Source: Nannocystis sp.
Lineage (GTDB): Bacteria; Myxococcota_A; Polyangia; Nannocystales; Nannocystaceae
DNA: 64,000 nucleotides
Direction of reading: 5' to 3'
Assembly: GCA_016712315.1 (NCBI GenBank)
Contig: JADJRG010000022.1
Span: forward strand, 930,522-994,521
Shown here: positions 1 through 8,958 of the stretch, one piece after another
Layout of the letters: each line of letters opens with the position of its first letter
Position numbering within the stretch: position 1 is the first letter of the stretch
Made by a program: the position numbers and the translations under genes
Notes under the pieces: generated by a model
Databases searched by the model: none
Seen by the model: only the letters and a program-made list of their open reading frames with translations
What the model was told of the DNA's origin: nothing

Positions 1-88
1 CGACCAACCGCCCCAGCCACGGCACCTGCTCCGCCTCGAAAGCGGCGTCGACCGCCGCGTGTAGCTCCGCCTGCATCTTGCTCTCCAT
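1..88 (-). CDS. Partial CDS: N-terminus (MESKMQAELHAAVDAAFEAEQVPWLGRLV...) of an unidentified gene directly downstream of argB; runs off the window edge
   Basis: ATG at 86-88 lies immediately after the argB TAG stop (89-91), on the same strand. The frame stays open to position 1. No recognisable motif in the 29 residues. Confidence 0.3.
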   Translation of the reverse strand, partial: MESKMQAELHAAVDAAFEAEQVPWLGRLV

Positions 89-922
89 CTAACTGGCCAC
101 CAGCACCGTACCGCGGCTGCCCGGCGCCCTCGCCTCGGCCGCCAGCGCCCCCTCGCTCACCCCGAGGATGTGCACCGCCCCGATCCCGAGCCCGAGCAGC
201 GCCAGCGCCTCTTCCACCTTGGGGATCATACCGCCCGCGATCACCCCATCCGCGATCGCCGCCCGCGCCTCATCGGCCGCCAGCCGCGGGATCCTCGACC
301 CCGGATCTGCACGATCACGCAGCACCCCCGGCACGTTCGTAAACGCGAACAAGTGCTCCGCCCGCAGCGCCGCCGCCAGCGCTGAAGCCACCGTGTCCGC
401 GTTGATGTTGTAGACCGCGCAGCTCGGCCCCTGCGTCGCCGGCTCGATCCCCAGCGACGAGATCACCGGCGTGAACCCGCCCGCCCACAGGTGCTCGATC
501 AAGGCCGTACGGATCTCGACGATCTCACCGACCAACCCGAAGTCCACCGGCTCCGCGCCGCCGCCGCTCACCACCATCGGCGCTCGCCTGCGCGCGCACA
601 CCAGCCCCGCGGACACCCCGCACAAACCAACCGCCGGCAGCCCTGCGGCCATCGCCGCCGCCACCAAGTCGACGCTCACCTCACCCGCGAGCGCCTGCTT
701 CATCACCTGCAAGGTCGCCTCGTCGGTGATCCGACGACCACCGACCTTCCGCGTCGGCAACCCCAGCCGCTCCTGCAGCGCGCTCGCTTGCGGCCCGCCG
801 CCGTGGCAGATCGCCACCTTCCAGCCGCCGCGCACCAGCGCCGCCGCGTCGCGCAGCAGCGCGAACAGCCCCGCCGGCTCGTTCACCAGCTCCCCGCCGA
901 TCTTCAAGACCGCGACCGTCAC
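89..922 (-). CDS. argB: N-acetylglutamate kinase
   Basis: Amino-acid kinase family motifs VLKIGGELV, ICHGGGPQ and RITD. Probable GTG start at 920-922 forms a GTGA overlap with the argC stop. The first ~60 codons of the listed ORF (89..1102) overlap argC and look non-coding. Confidence 0.85.
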   Translation of the reverse strand: MTVAVLKIGGELVNEPAGLFALLRDAAALVRGGWKVAICHGGGPQASALQERLGLPTRKVGGRRITDEATLQVMKQALAGEVSVDLVAAAMAAGLPAVGLCGVSAGLVCARRRAPMVVSGGGAEPVDFGLVGEIVEIRTALIEHLWAGGFTPVISSLGIEPATQGPSCAVYNINADTVASALAAALRAEHLFAFTNVPGVLRDRADPGSRIPRLAADEARAAIADGVIAGGMIPKVEEALALLGLGIGAVHILGVSEGALAAEARAPGSRGTVLVAS

Positions 923-1998
923 GGCCAGATCCCCGCCGTCTCGAGCCCCGCGACCTCTGGCAGCCCCAGCGCCAGGTTCATCGACTGCACCGCCTGCCCC
1001 GCCCCACCTTTGATCAGGTTGTCGATCGCCGAGGTCAACAGCAGCTGCCGCAGCCCGCTCACCGCGTCGACCGCCCCCAACGTCCACGAGAGGTCCGCCC
1101 ACATCGTCCCCTTCACCGCCAGCACCTCCGCCTGCGCCTTCGCCGACCCGCCCAACACCCGCACCAGCGGCGCGTCCTTATAAAAATCGCCATAGAGCCC
1201 AGCGATCGCGGCCCCATCGATCGCGGCGGGCACTTGCACGAACGAGTTGGCCAAGATCCCCCGCACCAGCGGCGCCGAGACTGGCACAAAGGACAGGCTA
1301 AACCGCGACGCCACGCCGCCGGCGCGGCAGGCGTCCGCGAGCGTCTGCTCGATCTCCGGCACGTGCTGGTGCGCCAGCGCCTTGTAGATCTTCAGGTTGT
1401 TCGCGCGCGTCGGGTGGTGCGTGCCCTCGCTCGCGTACGCACCTGAGCCCGACGAGCCGGTCGCCGCCACCGTATGGATCGGCCCAGACAGCAGCCCGGC
1501 CTTCGCCAGCGGCAGCAGCCCCAGCGCGATCGCGGTCGCGAAGCACCCAGGTGACGCGATCCGCCGGCTCTGCCGGATCGCCTCGCGGTGCAGCTCGGGC
1601 AGCCCGTAGGTCCACGCGCCCAAATGCTCTGGGAACGGGTGAGCGCCCCCGTAGTAGCGCGCGTACGCCTCTGCGTCGCGCAGGCGAAAGTCCCCCGACA
1701 GATCGATGATCCGCGGCGACGCGCCGACCAGCGCCCCAGCCATCGTCGCGCTCACCTTGTGCGGCAGCGCCAAGAACACCACGTCCATGCCCGAGGCCGC
1801 CGCCTCCGCCGGCATCTCCTCGAACACCAACCCCGTGCGCCCTAGCGTCCGGTGCACCGCCTCAAGCGGCTCACCCACGCGATCGATGCTGGTCACCCGC
1901 GCGAGCTCGACGTTGGGGTGGTTGATCAGCAAACGGATCAGCTCAGCGCCGCCATACCCGGTCCCGCCGATCACCGCCGCGCGGGCAAGAGCTGACAT
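919..1998 (-). CDS. argC: N-acetyl-gamma-glutamyl-phosphate reductase
   Basis: N-terminal Rossmann motif AVIGGTGYGG, active-site region SPGCFATA, and a C-terminal semialdehyde dehydrogenase domain. ATG at 1996-1998 gives MSALARAAVIGG. Confidence 0.9.
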   Translation of the reverse strand: MSALARAAVIGGTGYGGAELIRLLINHPNVELARVTSIDRVGEPLEAVHRTLGRTGLVFEEMPAEAAASGMDVVFLALPHKVSATMAGALVGASPRIIDLSGDFRLRDAEAYARYYGGAHPFPEHLGAWTYGLPELHREAIRQSRRIASPGCFATAIALGLLPLAKAGLLSGPIHTVAATGSSGSGAYASEGTHHPTRANNLKIYKALAHQHVPEIEQTLADACRAGGVASRFSLSFVPVSAPLVRGILANSFVQVPAAIDGAAIAGLYGDFYKDAPLVRVLGGSAKAQAEVLAVKGTMWADLSWTLGAVDAVSGLRQLLLTSAIDNLIKGGAGQAVQSMNLALGLPEVAGLETAGIWP

Positions 1999-2064
1999 CG
2001 CTGGGTGGGCGCGCTTCTGTGAAGGGAGCATGTCTGGAGGCTTACTTACCACCCGGTCCCGCCG

Positions 2065-2098
2065 CTGACATCCATGCGCCCTCTGACATCCATGTCAG
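2065..2098. promoter_or_regulatory. Candidate operator upstream of argCB: 12-nt direct repeat CTGACATCCATG (2065-2076 and 2083-2094), the second copy extended into the perfect palindrome CTGACAT-CC-ATGTCAG (2083-2098)
   Basis: Seen directly in the sequence, 67-100 bp upstream of the argC start codon on the argC strand side. The half-sites TGACAT/ATGTCA loosely resemble ARG-box halves (TGAAT/ATTCA) but do not match. Confidence 0.3.
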
Positions 2099-2206
2099 GG
2101 CGGATCCGCGAGCGGCCGGCCTCGTCTCGGACATTTGCGTCATAGAACCCCGTTGCCAGCCACCACCACGACCCAAAAACAAAACAATTACGAGGAAATG
2201 CCACCA

Positions 2207-2222
2207 TGGCACCGTCAATGCA
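2207..2222 (+). promoter_or_regulatory. Sigma-54 (-24/-12) promoter-like element TGGCAC-cgtca-aTGCa
   Basis: GG at 2208-2209 and GC at 2220-2221 have the canonical 12-nt spacing. There is one mismatch to TGGCAC-N5-TTGCW. No plus-strand ORF follows. A sigma-54 activator gene lies at 7263-8957. Confidence 0.3.
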
Positions 2223-2232
2223 GAGTGAGTGA

Positions 2233-2515
2233 CCGTCGACAACGACACCTACTCTCCCTTGTGTCGGCCCGTTCGCGCCGCGCTGTAACGACCTGCTTGG
2301 CTTGCTCCTACCCCTTGGCTTTCTACGAACCTGCCTTGGTCTCGCTTGATTCCCTACCTTAGACTGCCTCTTCGTTTATCCGTAAGCGCCCTTAGAACCT
2401 TAAAAAATACGCTTAGAACGCGCGCAGCATGCGGATCACGCATGAAGGTGCCGAGAACTTAGAACTGGGGGGGGGCCCAGGACGGCTTGGTCCGCTGTCC
2501 TGGGTTCTCGTTTTG
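2233..2515 (+). ncRNA. Candidate ~280-nt non-coding RNA between the sigma-54-like promoter and the intrinsic terminator. Contains three CTTAGAAC copies (2391, 2412, 2458) plus a CTTAGAC variant (2359).
   Basis: The region is 520 bp with no ORF and lower GC, bracketed by promoter-like and terminator elements on the same strand. Purely structural inference, no homology evidence. Confidence 0.2.
2476..2515 (+). terminator. Rho-independent terminator: stem CCCAGGAC / GTCCTGGG (8 bp, 13-nt loop) followed by TTCTCGTTTTGGTTG
   Basis: A perfect GC-rich hairpin is followed at once by a T-rich tract on the plus strand. On the minus strand it is followed by C9, so it is a poor terminator there, though it could still stop the 2523-3455 gene. 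Confidence 0.5.
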
Positions 2516-2522
2516 GTTGATC

Positions 2523-3455
2523 TCACCAGTGCAAGTGGTCTTCCGGCTCGGCCACCCGGTCGGCGAGCCGCCACACCTGCTCTGGCCCCACGCGCCCCTC
2601 GAGCGCCATCTCCAGCTCAGCCCGCCCTGGGTGCTGAAGCGGCAGCGGCAGCCCCCTGGCATCGATGACATAGTGCCCCCGGGTCGCGCACTCTGCGCCA
2701 AACGGCATCGCGTGCACCCCGGCCGCCGCTCCTTCCGCGCGCAAACGCCCCAGATCTGCCCGGATCGGCCCGCCGCAGCGCGGACACACCACCGCGCCGC
2801 TCTCCCCCCGCCACAGCGTCAACAGCGGCTCAGCCCGCGATCCACGGCTGCTACCGCGCGCCGCCGACCACCACGTCGGATCAAAAGCAAACACCCCCGG
2901 CAGCGTCTCCGGCACGATCCCTTGCTCCCGCAGCCAGCGCCCCGCCAGGTAGTACGCGGGCGCCTGCCGCTCCCCCTGCTCACGCGCCTCCACGAAGAGC
3001 GGCGGCCGATCGAAGTGCGGGTCAAGCCCCCACGCCCCCGCCAGCGAGCGCCGCGCCTCCCCCCGCAAGCTCCACATCGTATGGCCCACGACCACCCTGG
3101 TCACCCGGTCAACCAGCACCCAGCACACGTTCGCCAGCTTCGCCCACGGATCCAGCGCGAGATCGCACACCTTCAGCTTGTCACAGGTGATCGCCCCGCC
3201 GCGCCGCCACACGCTCACCAGCTTGATCTCGATCCGATCCTCCCAATCACGGCTCGCCGCGCCGTCATGCGGCTCCAGCCCCAAGTGCCACTGCAGCGCG
3301 TTCCCGTGGCGCCCACGCGAGCGCGAAGCAGTCACCAGCGCCGCGGCTGGGCCCAGCGGCAGGCCCAACGCCGCCGCAGCGAGCGCCTCCAAGTGCGCGC
3401 AGCGCAGCACGACAGCGTCCGCCTCGGGCGGCGGATGACGGAGCGGCAAGCGCAT
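2523..3455 (-). CDS. Hypothetical protein (310 aa) with a zinc-ribbon-like CPRCGGPI motif
   Basis: Normal amino-acid composition from MRLPLRHPPPEAD onward. The upstream part of the listed ORF is the reverse translation of the (AEEK)n tandem repeat and is not coding. The overlapping plus-strand ORF 2487..3659 is R/P/Q-rich junk. Confidence 0.5.
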   Translation of the reverse strand: MRLPLRHPPPEADAVVLRCAHLEALAAAALGLPLGPAAALVTASRSRGRHGNALQWHLGLEPHDGAASRDWEDRIEIKLVSVWRRGGAITCDKLKVCDLALDPWAKLANVCWVLVDRVTRVVVGHTMWSLRGEARRSLAGAWGLDPHFDRPPLFVEAREQGERQAPAYYLAGRWLREQGIVPETLPGVFAFDPTWWSAARGSSRGSRAEPLLTLWRGESGAVVCPRCGGPIRADLGRLRAEGAAAGVHAMPFGAECATRGHYVIDARGLPLPLQHPGRAELEMALEGRVGPEQVWRLADRVAEPEDHLHW

Positions 3456-3471
3456 ACGACGGCTCCGCCGC

Positions 3472-3705
3472 CTACTCGGACTTCTTCTCGCCCTCGGCGG
3501 CCTCGCCCGCCTCCCCCGCTTTCTCCTCGGCCCTCTCCTCGGCCTTCTCCTCGGCCTTCTCCTCGGCCTTCTCCTCGGCCTTCTCCTCGGCCTTCTCCTC
3601 GGCCTTCTCCTCGGTCTTCTCCTCCTTCTTCTTACCTGCCTGCTCCGCACAACCACTGAAGCCAGCCACCGCGACGCTCAAGAGAACAACATGAAAGATC
3701 TGCAT
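3472..3705 (-). CDS. Small secreted lipoprotein (77 aa) with an (AEEK)n low-complexity repeat
   Basis: Signal peptide MQIFHVVLLSVAVAGFSGC with a lipobox Cys, then KKKEEKTEEK(AEEK)7. Encoded by the 12-nt tandem repeat. Last gene of the regulatory cassette. Confidence 0.5.
   Translation of the reverse strand: MQIFHVVLLSVAVAGFSGCAEQAGKKKEEKTEEKAEEKAEEKAEEKAEEKAEEKAEERAEEKAGEAGEAAEGEKKSE
3517..3624. repeat. 12-nt tandem repeat GGCCTTCTCCTC: 6 perfect copies plus ~3 degenerate copies. In-frame, encoding (AEEK)n on the minus strand.
   Basis: Directly visible in the sequence. Confidence 0.9.
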
Positions 3706-3768
3706 CGTGCACCTCCGCGATCACCAAGCGACCGCGCCGAGCGACGCTAACGCAGATCGCCCTCAAGG

Positions 3769-4278
3769 TCACCTCTCTGCCGCGCCCTCATCCCCTGCCT
3801 TCGCCTGCTCCGCCCCGATCGCCCGCAGGATCGCCGCCCGGATCGTCCTCGCGTCCGCGTAGTCCGGGCAGTACGAGAGACCCGGGTCCTTCGCCGTGAG
3901 CGCCCGGAAGCGCCGCTCCTCCGCGCTGAAGTCGTAAGACAAGATCACCGGCCCCGAATAACCCGCGTCGCGCAGCGCCCGCAGGATGAACAGCCCCTGG
4001 TTGTCCTGCAAGAACGCCCGCGCCCGCGCCACGTCGCCGTTGAAGCGCGCCGTCAAGGCCACCAAGTCGCCGAGCAGCTCATCGATCGGCGTGCGATCGA
4101 AGCGCATATCCAGGTACACGACGTCAGGCGCGCCGCGCAGCGCCAGCTCGCACGCCGCGCCGCCGCTCTGCGCCTGCACGTAGCGGATCCCTGCCGCCAC
4201 GAACGTGGTGAAGTTGGTCATGTACTCGTTCCCGTCCTCGACCACGAGGACCTCGATCTCAGGCGCGCTCACGCTCAC
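3769..4278 (-). CDS. Single-domain response-regulator receiver protein
   Basis: VLVVEDGNEY acidic pocket and a VVYLDMRF phospho-acceptor Asp region. ATGA overlap with the upstream histidine kinase stop (4275-4278). Confidence 0.6.
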   Translation of the reverse strand: MSVSAPEIEVLVVEDGNEYMTNFTTFVAAGIRYVQAQSGGAACELALRGAPDVVYLDMRFDRTPIDELLGDLVALTARFNGDVARARAFLQDNQGLFILRALRDAGYSGPVILSYDFSAEERRFRALTAKDPGLSYCPDYADARTIRAAILRAIGAEQAKAGDEGAAER

Positions 4279-7262
4279 GGCTCATCCTCCACGGTGAAGA
4301 AGCGGAGGACCACGGCCTTCTGCCAGCCCGGCTCGGGCTCGACCGCGATCGACCCATCGTAGCGCGACAGGAGGTCGACGGTGATCCCCATCCCGCGCTC
4401 GACGTAGCGCCCGCGCAGCATCTCGTTCGAGAGCTGCTCGCTCGATCGGTCCTTGATCCGGATCGCCAGCGTCGTCAGCCCGGTGATCTCATCTGTCTCT
4501 GCGACTAGATCGACCCCCAACTGCGCCGGGGACGGCCCGTAGAGGACGCTAGAGCCGAGCGAGTTTCGGAGCACGTTGGCCAGGATATCCTCGAGATCCG
4601 TCCGAAAGACCCGGATCTTCGCGCCCGCCCCCGCCACCTCGAGCTCCGCGATCGCCACCCGCCCGAACTGCGACTCCGCACAGACGAGCCCGAACACCTC
4701 ACGGATCGCCGTAGGCGTCACCTCGACGACGCACAGCGAGTGGATAAGCGAGCTCAAGCGCTCAAACGCCCGGCGCCCCAGCTCATGCCCGCTGCGCTTC
4801 AGCTTCGCCGCCAGATCGAGCTTCTTCGAGCGGAACTCCGCGCGCCCCGGCTCGAGCGTGTCCAGCTCCCGCAGCTCCTCGAACGCGCGGATCATCGGGC
4901 TGAAGATCGGGTCCTTGCGATAGAGGTTCAGCGTCACCCCGTACGTACGCGCGACCCCCTGCAGCTCATCCACGTAGCCGAGGAAGCGCCCGTAGATCCC
5001 CTGGTCCCGCGAAGACAGCCGTCGATCCGCCGGCGCCTCGCGTCGCCGTCGCCGCAGCCGCTCCCGCCCTCGCTCGCCGAAGAGCCGCCGCGCCACGATC
5101 GCCGCCCGAACCTCCGCGTCTGGCTCATCAAACTCGAGCGCGCGCCCCACATCTGTCAGGAAGGCGGTGTTGTGCTTCAGGATCTCATGCCGGATCAGGC
5201 TCAAGATCCGCGCCACCTCAGGAAAGCTCTTCGGCGCCCGCGCCAAGAGCTGCGCCAACGAAGCGCCCCTGAGCCGCCGATAGATCATCACCAGCGGCGC
5301 CACCAACATCAGCACGAGCAGCCCGCCACCGACCGCGTAGACCCGGCGAAAGGCCGCGTCGAAGTCCTCGCGCAGCAGCCGCGCGCGGTCCCAGTTGAGG
5401 TCATACGCGCCCGCCTCCGCTAGATAGAGATCGAGCTGCTCCGACGCCTCGACCCAAGCGTGCTCGCGCCACAGCAGCCCAGCCAGGCGAAACCGCGCGT
5501 TATACGACCCGAGCTCCGCCGCGCGTCGCAGGTGCACCACCGCCTCTGTCGGCTTCTCGATCTCGATCAAGATCCCGAGCCGCTCATGCACATCCACCTG
5601 ATCTGGGTCCATCTGCAAGCTGCGCTCCCAGAACCCCCGCGCGTCCCCAGGTCGCCCGTCCGCGTAGGCGACCTTCGCCAGCTCATTAAACACCTGCGGC
5701 TCATCGCCGTACTTGTCCGCCGCCGCTCTTAGGATCCGCTCGGCCTGCTTCCAGTCCTCGTCGTCCTCGTAGCGCAGGTACGCCTCGTTGATCATCCGCT
5801 GCAGCCCCGGATCCAAGCGCCGCAGATCGCTGGGCGGCTCGATCTCCGCCAGCGGCTCGTCCCCGCGCAGCTCACGGCTCAGGTTGTCGAGGGCGACCCG
5901 CGCCCGCTCCGCGTCGACGTCGTCCGTGCTCACCGACTCGAGGAACTGGCTGAAGTGCCGGCGCGCCCGCTCGCGATCGGAGCGCGCGTACAGCTCGCCG
6001 AGCAAGAAGTGCAGGTGCCGCATATCTGGCCGCAGCACCAGCGCACGCTCCAAGTGCTCGATCGCCGCCGCGTCCTCCGCCCCCGCGAATTCCTTCTTGT
6101 AGAGCAGCCCCAAGGCGATATGCGCCTCGTAGTCGTAACGGTCCATCCGGACCGCCAGCTTCAGCTCCTCCACCGCCTTCGCGTAGCGGCCGGTGCGCGC
6201 GTGCACGAGGCCCAGCGCGTAGTGGGCCTTCGGGAACCACGGCGCGACCTCGATCGCCCGCTGCAGCGCCGCCTCGGCCAGCGCCAGATCGCCCCGCCGC
6301 ATCGCCGCGTCCGCCGCCCGATAGCTCGCCTCAGCCTCTGCGTTCGGCCGACCGCCTTGCTCCCGCTCCAAGCGCGCCAGCTCGACCTCGAGCTGCATCT
6401 CCGCCACCTGCGAATTCGCGAGCGCGGCGTCGGGCGTGCCGGTGTAGAGCGCCGCCAGCGATCGATACGCGTCGATCGCCGCCTCCAGCTCGCCGCGCTG
6501 CCGGAGCAGATCGCCTTGCATCCGCAGCGCCTCGGCGATCGGCGGCCGCCCGAGCAGCGCGCACTCCTCTCGATAACGCGCGAGCTCCTGCGAGGCGGCC
6601 TCACGCAGCGCGCTCGCCTCACGCGGCAGCGTCGCCGCCTCCGCGTCCTCCGCGTACAGCCTCGCGATCATCACCCGGATCTCCGGAGGGCGCGAAGGCG
6701 CCCGCGGATCCTCGTCTGCGAGCTCCAGCGCCAGCTCCAAGCGCTCCCGCCGCATCGTCGCGCCGCAGCGCGCGAGCCACTCCAAGAACACCGCGCGCTC
6801 CTCGAGCCACAGCCCGCGCGGGTCGTAGAGGCGAAGCAGCCGCAGATCCTCGATCGCCTTGCGGGGGCACTGGTCCGCGCGCGCCCGCTTGTGGCGCAAG
6901 TAAGCGCGCCCTCGCAGCACCACCGGGTCACCCGGCTGCAGCTTCAGCGCCGCGGTGTACTCACGGATCCCATCATCGAGCTTCCCCTCGCGTTCGAAGC
7001 GCTGCGCCCGGCTCAAGTGAAGATCGAACTCGAGCTGCCGCTGCTCCAGCGTCGGCTCCGCGCCCCCGTCGCCCGCGCCGGTCGAGCCCTCACCCACCTC
7101 CGGCGGCGGCGGCAATAACGGCCCCGAAGCGCCCGAACGCTCGTCGATGGGCGGCCCCGCGCGCGCCAGCCCCACCGCGAGCGCCAGCGCCGCGCTCCCG
7201 GCCGCAGCCAGCGCTGGCGAGCGTGACCGCCACCGACGCCTCGATCGCCCCGTGCTCCGCAC
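4275..7262 (-). CDS. Sensor histidine kinase with a large periplasmic TPR-repeat domain
   Basis: N-terminal signal/anchor, about 600 aa of TPR-like repeats, one TM helix (GGGLLVLMLVAPLVMIY), H-box SLIRHEILKHNTAF, and a C-terminal HATPase_c region (LRNSLGSS ... RGMGITV). Confidence 0.75.
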   Translation of the reverse strand: MRSTGRSRRRWRSRSPALAAAGSAALALAVGLARAGPPIDERSGASGPLLPPPPEVGEGSTGAGDGGAEPTLEQRQLEFDLHLSRAQRFEREGKLDDGIREYTAALKLQPGDPVVLRGRAYLRHKRARADQCPRKAIEDLRLLRLYDPRGLWLEERAVFLEWLARCGATMRRERLELALELADEDPRAPSRPPEIRVMIARLYAEDAEAATLPREASALREAASQELARYREECALLGRPPIAEALRMQGDLLRQRGELEAAIDAYRSLAALYTGTPDAALANSQVAEMQLEVELARLEREQGGRPNAEAEASYRAADAAMRRGDLALAEAALQRAIEVAPWFPKAHYALGLVHARTGRYAKAVEELKLAVRMDRYDYEAHIALGLLYKKEFAGAEDAAAIEHLERALVLRPDMRHLHFLLGELYARSDRERARRHFSQFLESVSTDDVDAERARVALDNLSRELRGDEPLAEIEPPSDLRRLDPGLQRMINEAYLRYEDDEDWKQAERILRAAADKYGDEPQVFNELAKVAYADGRPGDARGFWERSLQMDPDQVDVHERLGILIEIEKPTEAVVHLRRAAELGSYNARFRLAGLLWREHAWVEASEQLDLYLAEAGAYDLNWDRARLLREDFDAAFRRVYAVGGGLLVLMLVAPLVMIYRRLRGASLAQLLARAPKSFPEVARILSLIRHEILKHNTAFLTDVGRALEFDEPDAEVRAAIVARRLFGERGRERLRRRRREAPADRRLSSRDQGIYGRFLGYVDELQGVARTYGVTLNLYRKDPIFSPMIRAFEELRELDTLEPGRAEFRSKKLDLAAKLKRSGHELGRRAFERLSSLIHSLCVVEVTPTAIREVFGLVCAESQFGRVAIAELEVAGAGAKIRVFRTDLEDILANVLRNSLGSSVLYGPSPAQLGVDLVAETDEITGLTTLAIRIKDRSSEQLSNEMLRGRYVERGMGITVDLLSRYDGSIAVEPEPGWQKAVVLRFFTVEDEP

Positions 7263-8957
7263 TCACTCCCCTCGCTTGCGCTTCAGCGATCGCAGCTTGA
7301 TCCCGAGCTGGTTCATCCGGAGCTGGATCTTGCGCCCCGCCTCCCCGTCATCCAACAAGATCCGCCCCATCTCCCCCAGATCGCCCTCACACTGGTCAAA
7401 GAGCTGCTCCAGGTACTGCCGCTCGACCGCGCACGACACAGAGTTCAATGACTCCGCCGCGATCAGCCGCACGCTCATCCGCCGCCCGGGACCCTCGCTC
7501 ACCGCCGCCGCCGCCTCCTCACGGCGTGCCAGCGTCATCGGCCGCAGCAGATCGCTCACTGTCTTCGCCGGGATCGGCACCACCTCAGGGCGGCTCGCCA
7601 GCGCCGGATCACCCGGCTCGATCTGCGGCGCGCGCTCGACCAGCTCGACCAGCGTGAACGTCACCAAATTTGAGAGGGTCATCTCGAAGTGGCGAAAATT
7701 CCCCGGCCACTCGAAGCCGCGCATCAGCTTGAGCGAGCTCGGGTGCAGCAGGAAGTGGATCCGCGAGGGATCCGGCCGGGTCGGCACCACCGAGCCTACG
7801 CTCACCGCCAGCGCCCCCTCTTGCGTCGGCAGCGAGAGCCCGCGCTGGCTCGCGTACTGCAGCACCAGATCGCGGTTGTACGCCTCCGAGGCGACCCGTC
7901 GCAGGAAGAACGACAGCAGCTCATAGAAGTCATCGCGCCGCTCGGCCAGGCCCGGCAGCGTCACCGCGGTCGCCGGGTTCAGCCGCATAAACAAGTCCTC
8001 GCGGAAGCGGCCGCTGCGGACCATCGCCGCCAGGTCTTCGTTCGTCGCGACCACCAGCTTGATGTCCGCGACCCGCTCCTGCACCGATCCCACGGGCCGA
8101 TACGTGCCCTCCTGCAGGACCAGCAGCAGCGACTTCTGCAGCTCGAGGCTGAGGTTCCCGATCTCATCGAGGAACAGCGTCCCGCCGTGCGCCCGCGCGA
8201 GCACCCCATCCCGGCTCGCGATCGCCCCCGTATACGCCCCCTTCGTCACCCCGAACAGGTGCGCCGCCATCAGGTCGCTCGGGATCGTCGACAGATCGAC
8301 CGCCACGAACGCCCCGCTGCGCCCCGAGTGCGGGTGGATGAATTCGCGGCACAGGAGGCTCTTCCCGGTCCCCGTAGCGCCCTGGATGATGATCGGCAGC
8401 CGCCCGCGCGCCAAGATCCCTAGCCGCCGCCGCAGGCTCAACATCGCCGGCGTCTTCCCCCAAAAGAACGGCTCGTCAGGCGTCTCGGCCGGCTGCTGCT
8501 GCCGCGCCAAGATCCCCTCGATCTGCAGCTTCAGCGAGCGCGCGTCGAGGTAGTCATCCGCCAGCAGGTACGTGTACTCCTCCGCGTGCAGCCGCTCCGC
8601 GTCGACCCCCAGCGGCAGGTCATCACGCGACGTCATCACGATCAGCGGCAGGTCTGGATAGCTCTCTCGCAGCCGATCGAGGATCTGCAGCCCTTGTGTG
8701 CGCCGAAGCCGCTCGATCACCCGTGAGCGCTCGCCCTTCGCCAGCAGCGGCCCCTTATCGAAGGGCAGCAGCTCCTCATCGGCGATGTTGAAGTGCACGT
8801 CCAGCAGCACCAGATCGATCTTGCCCGCGCGCCGCCGCAGCGCCTCTGCGGCCTCGCGATAGCAGCGCGCCACCGGCAGCAGCTCGTACTCCGGCATATA
8901 GCGGCGCACCAGCTCGTGGTAGCTGTCCTCGTCGTCGATGATCAGGATCGAAGACAT
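7263..8957 (-). CDS. Sigma-54-dependent transcriptional activator (NtrC family: receiver + AAA+ + HTH)
   Basis: Receiver MSSILIIDDED...LDVHF. Walker A GATGTGKS, GAYTGA (GAFTGA variant), ESELFGH-like region, and a C-terminal HTH. ATG at 8955-8957. Abuts the histidine kinase gene. Confidence 0.85.
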   Translation of the reverse strand: MSSILIIDDEDSYHELVRRYMPEYELLPVARCYREAAEALRRRAGKIDLVLLDVHFNIADEELLPFDKGPLLAKGERSRVIERLRRTQGLQILDRLRESYPDLPLIVMTSRDDLPLGVDAERLHAEEYTYLLADDYLDARSLKLQIEGILARQQQPAETPDEPFFWGKTPAMLSLRRRLGILARGRLPIIIQGATGTGKSLLCREFIHPHSGRSGAFVAVDLSTIPSDLMAAHLFGVTKGAYTGAIASRDGVLARAHGGTLFLDEIGNLSLELQKSLLLVLQEGTYRPVGSVQERVADIKLVVATNEDLAAMVRSGRFREDLFMRLNPATAVTLPGLAERRDDFYELLSFFLRRVASEAYNRDLVLQYASQRGLSLPTQEGALAVSVGSVVPTRPDPSRIHFLLHPSSLKLMRGFEWPGNFRHFEMTLSNLVTFTLVELVERAPQIEPGDPALASRPEVVPIPAKTVSDLLRPMTLARREEAAAAVSEGPGRRMSVRLIAAESLNSVSCAVERQYLEQLFDQCEGDLGEMGRILLDDGEAGRKIQLRMNQLGIKLRSLKRKRGE

Positions 8958-8958
8958 G

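Noticed and set aside
3517-3624. Tandem repeat array as a possible CRISPR
   Set aside because: The units are contiguous 12-mers with no spacers, and they sit in frame inside a small ORF.
2487-3659. 390-aa plus-strand ORF ending in SPRPSPRP repeats
   Set aside because: Extremely R/P/Q-rich, with no plausible domains. It is the antisense shadow of the minus-strand gene 2523-3455 plus the reverse of the (AEEK)n repeat.
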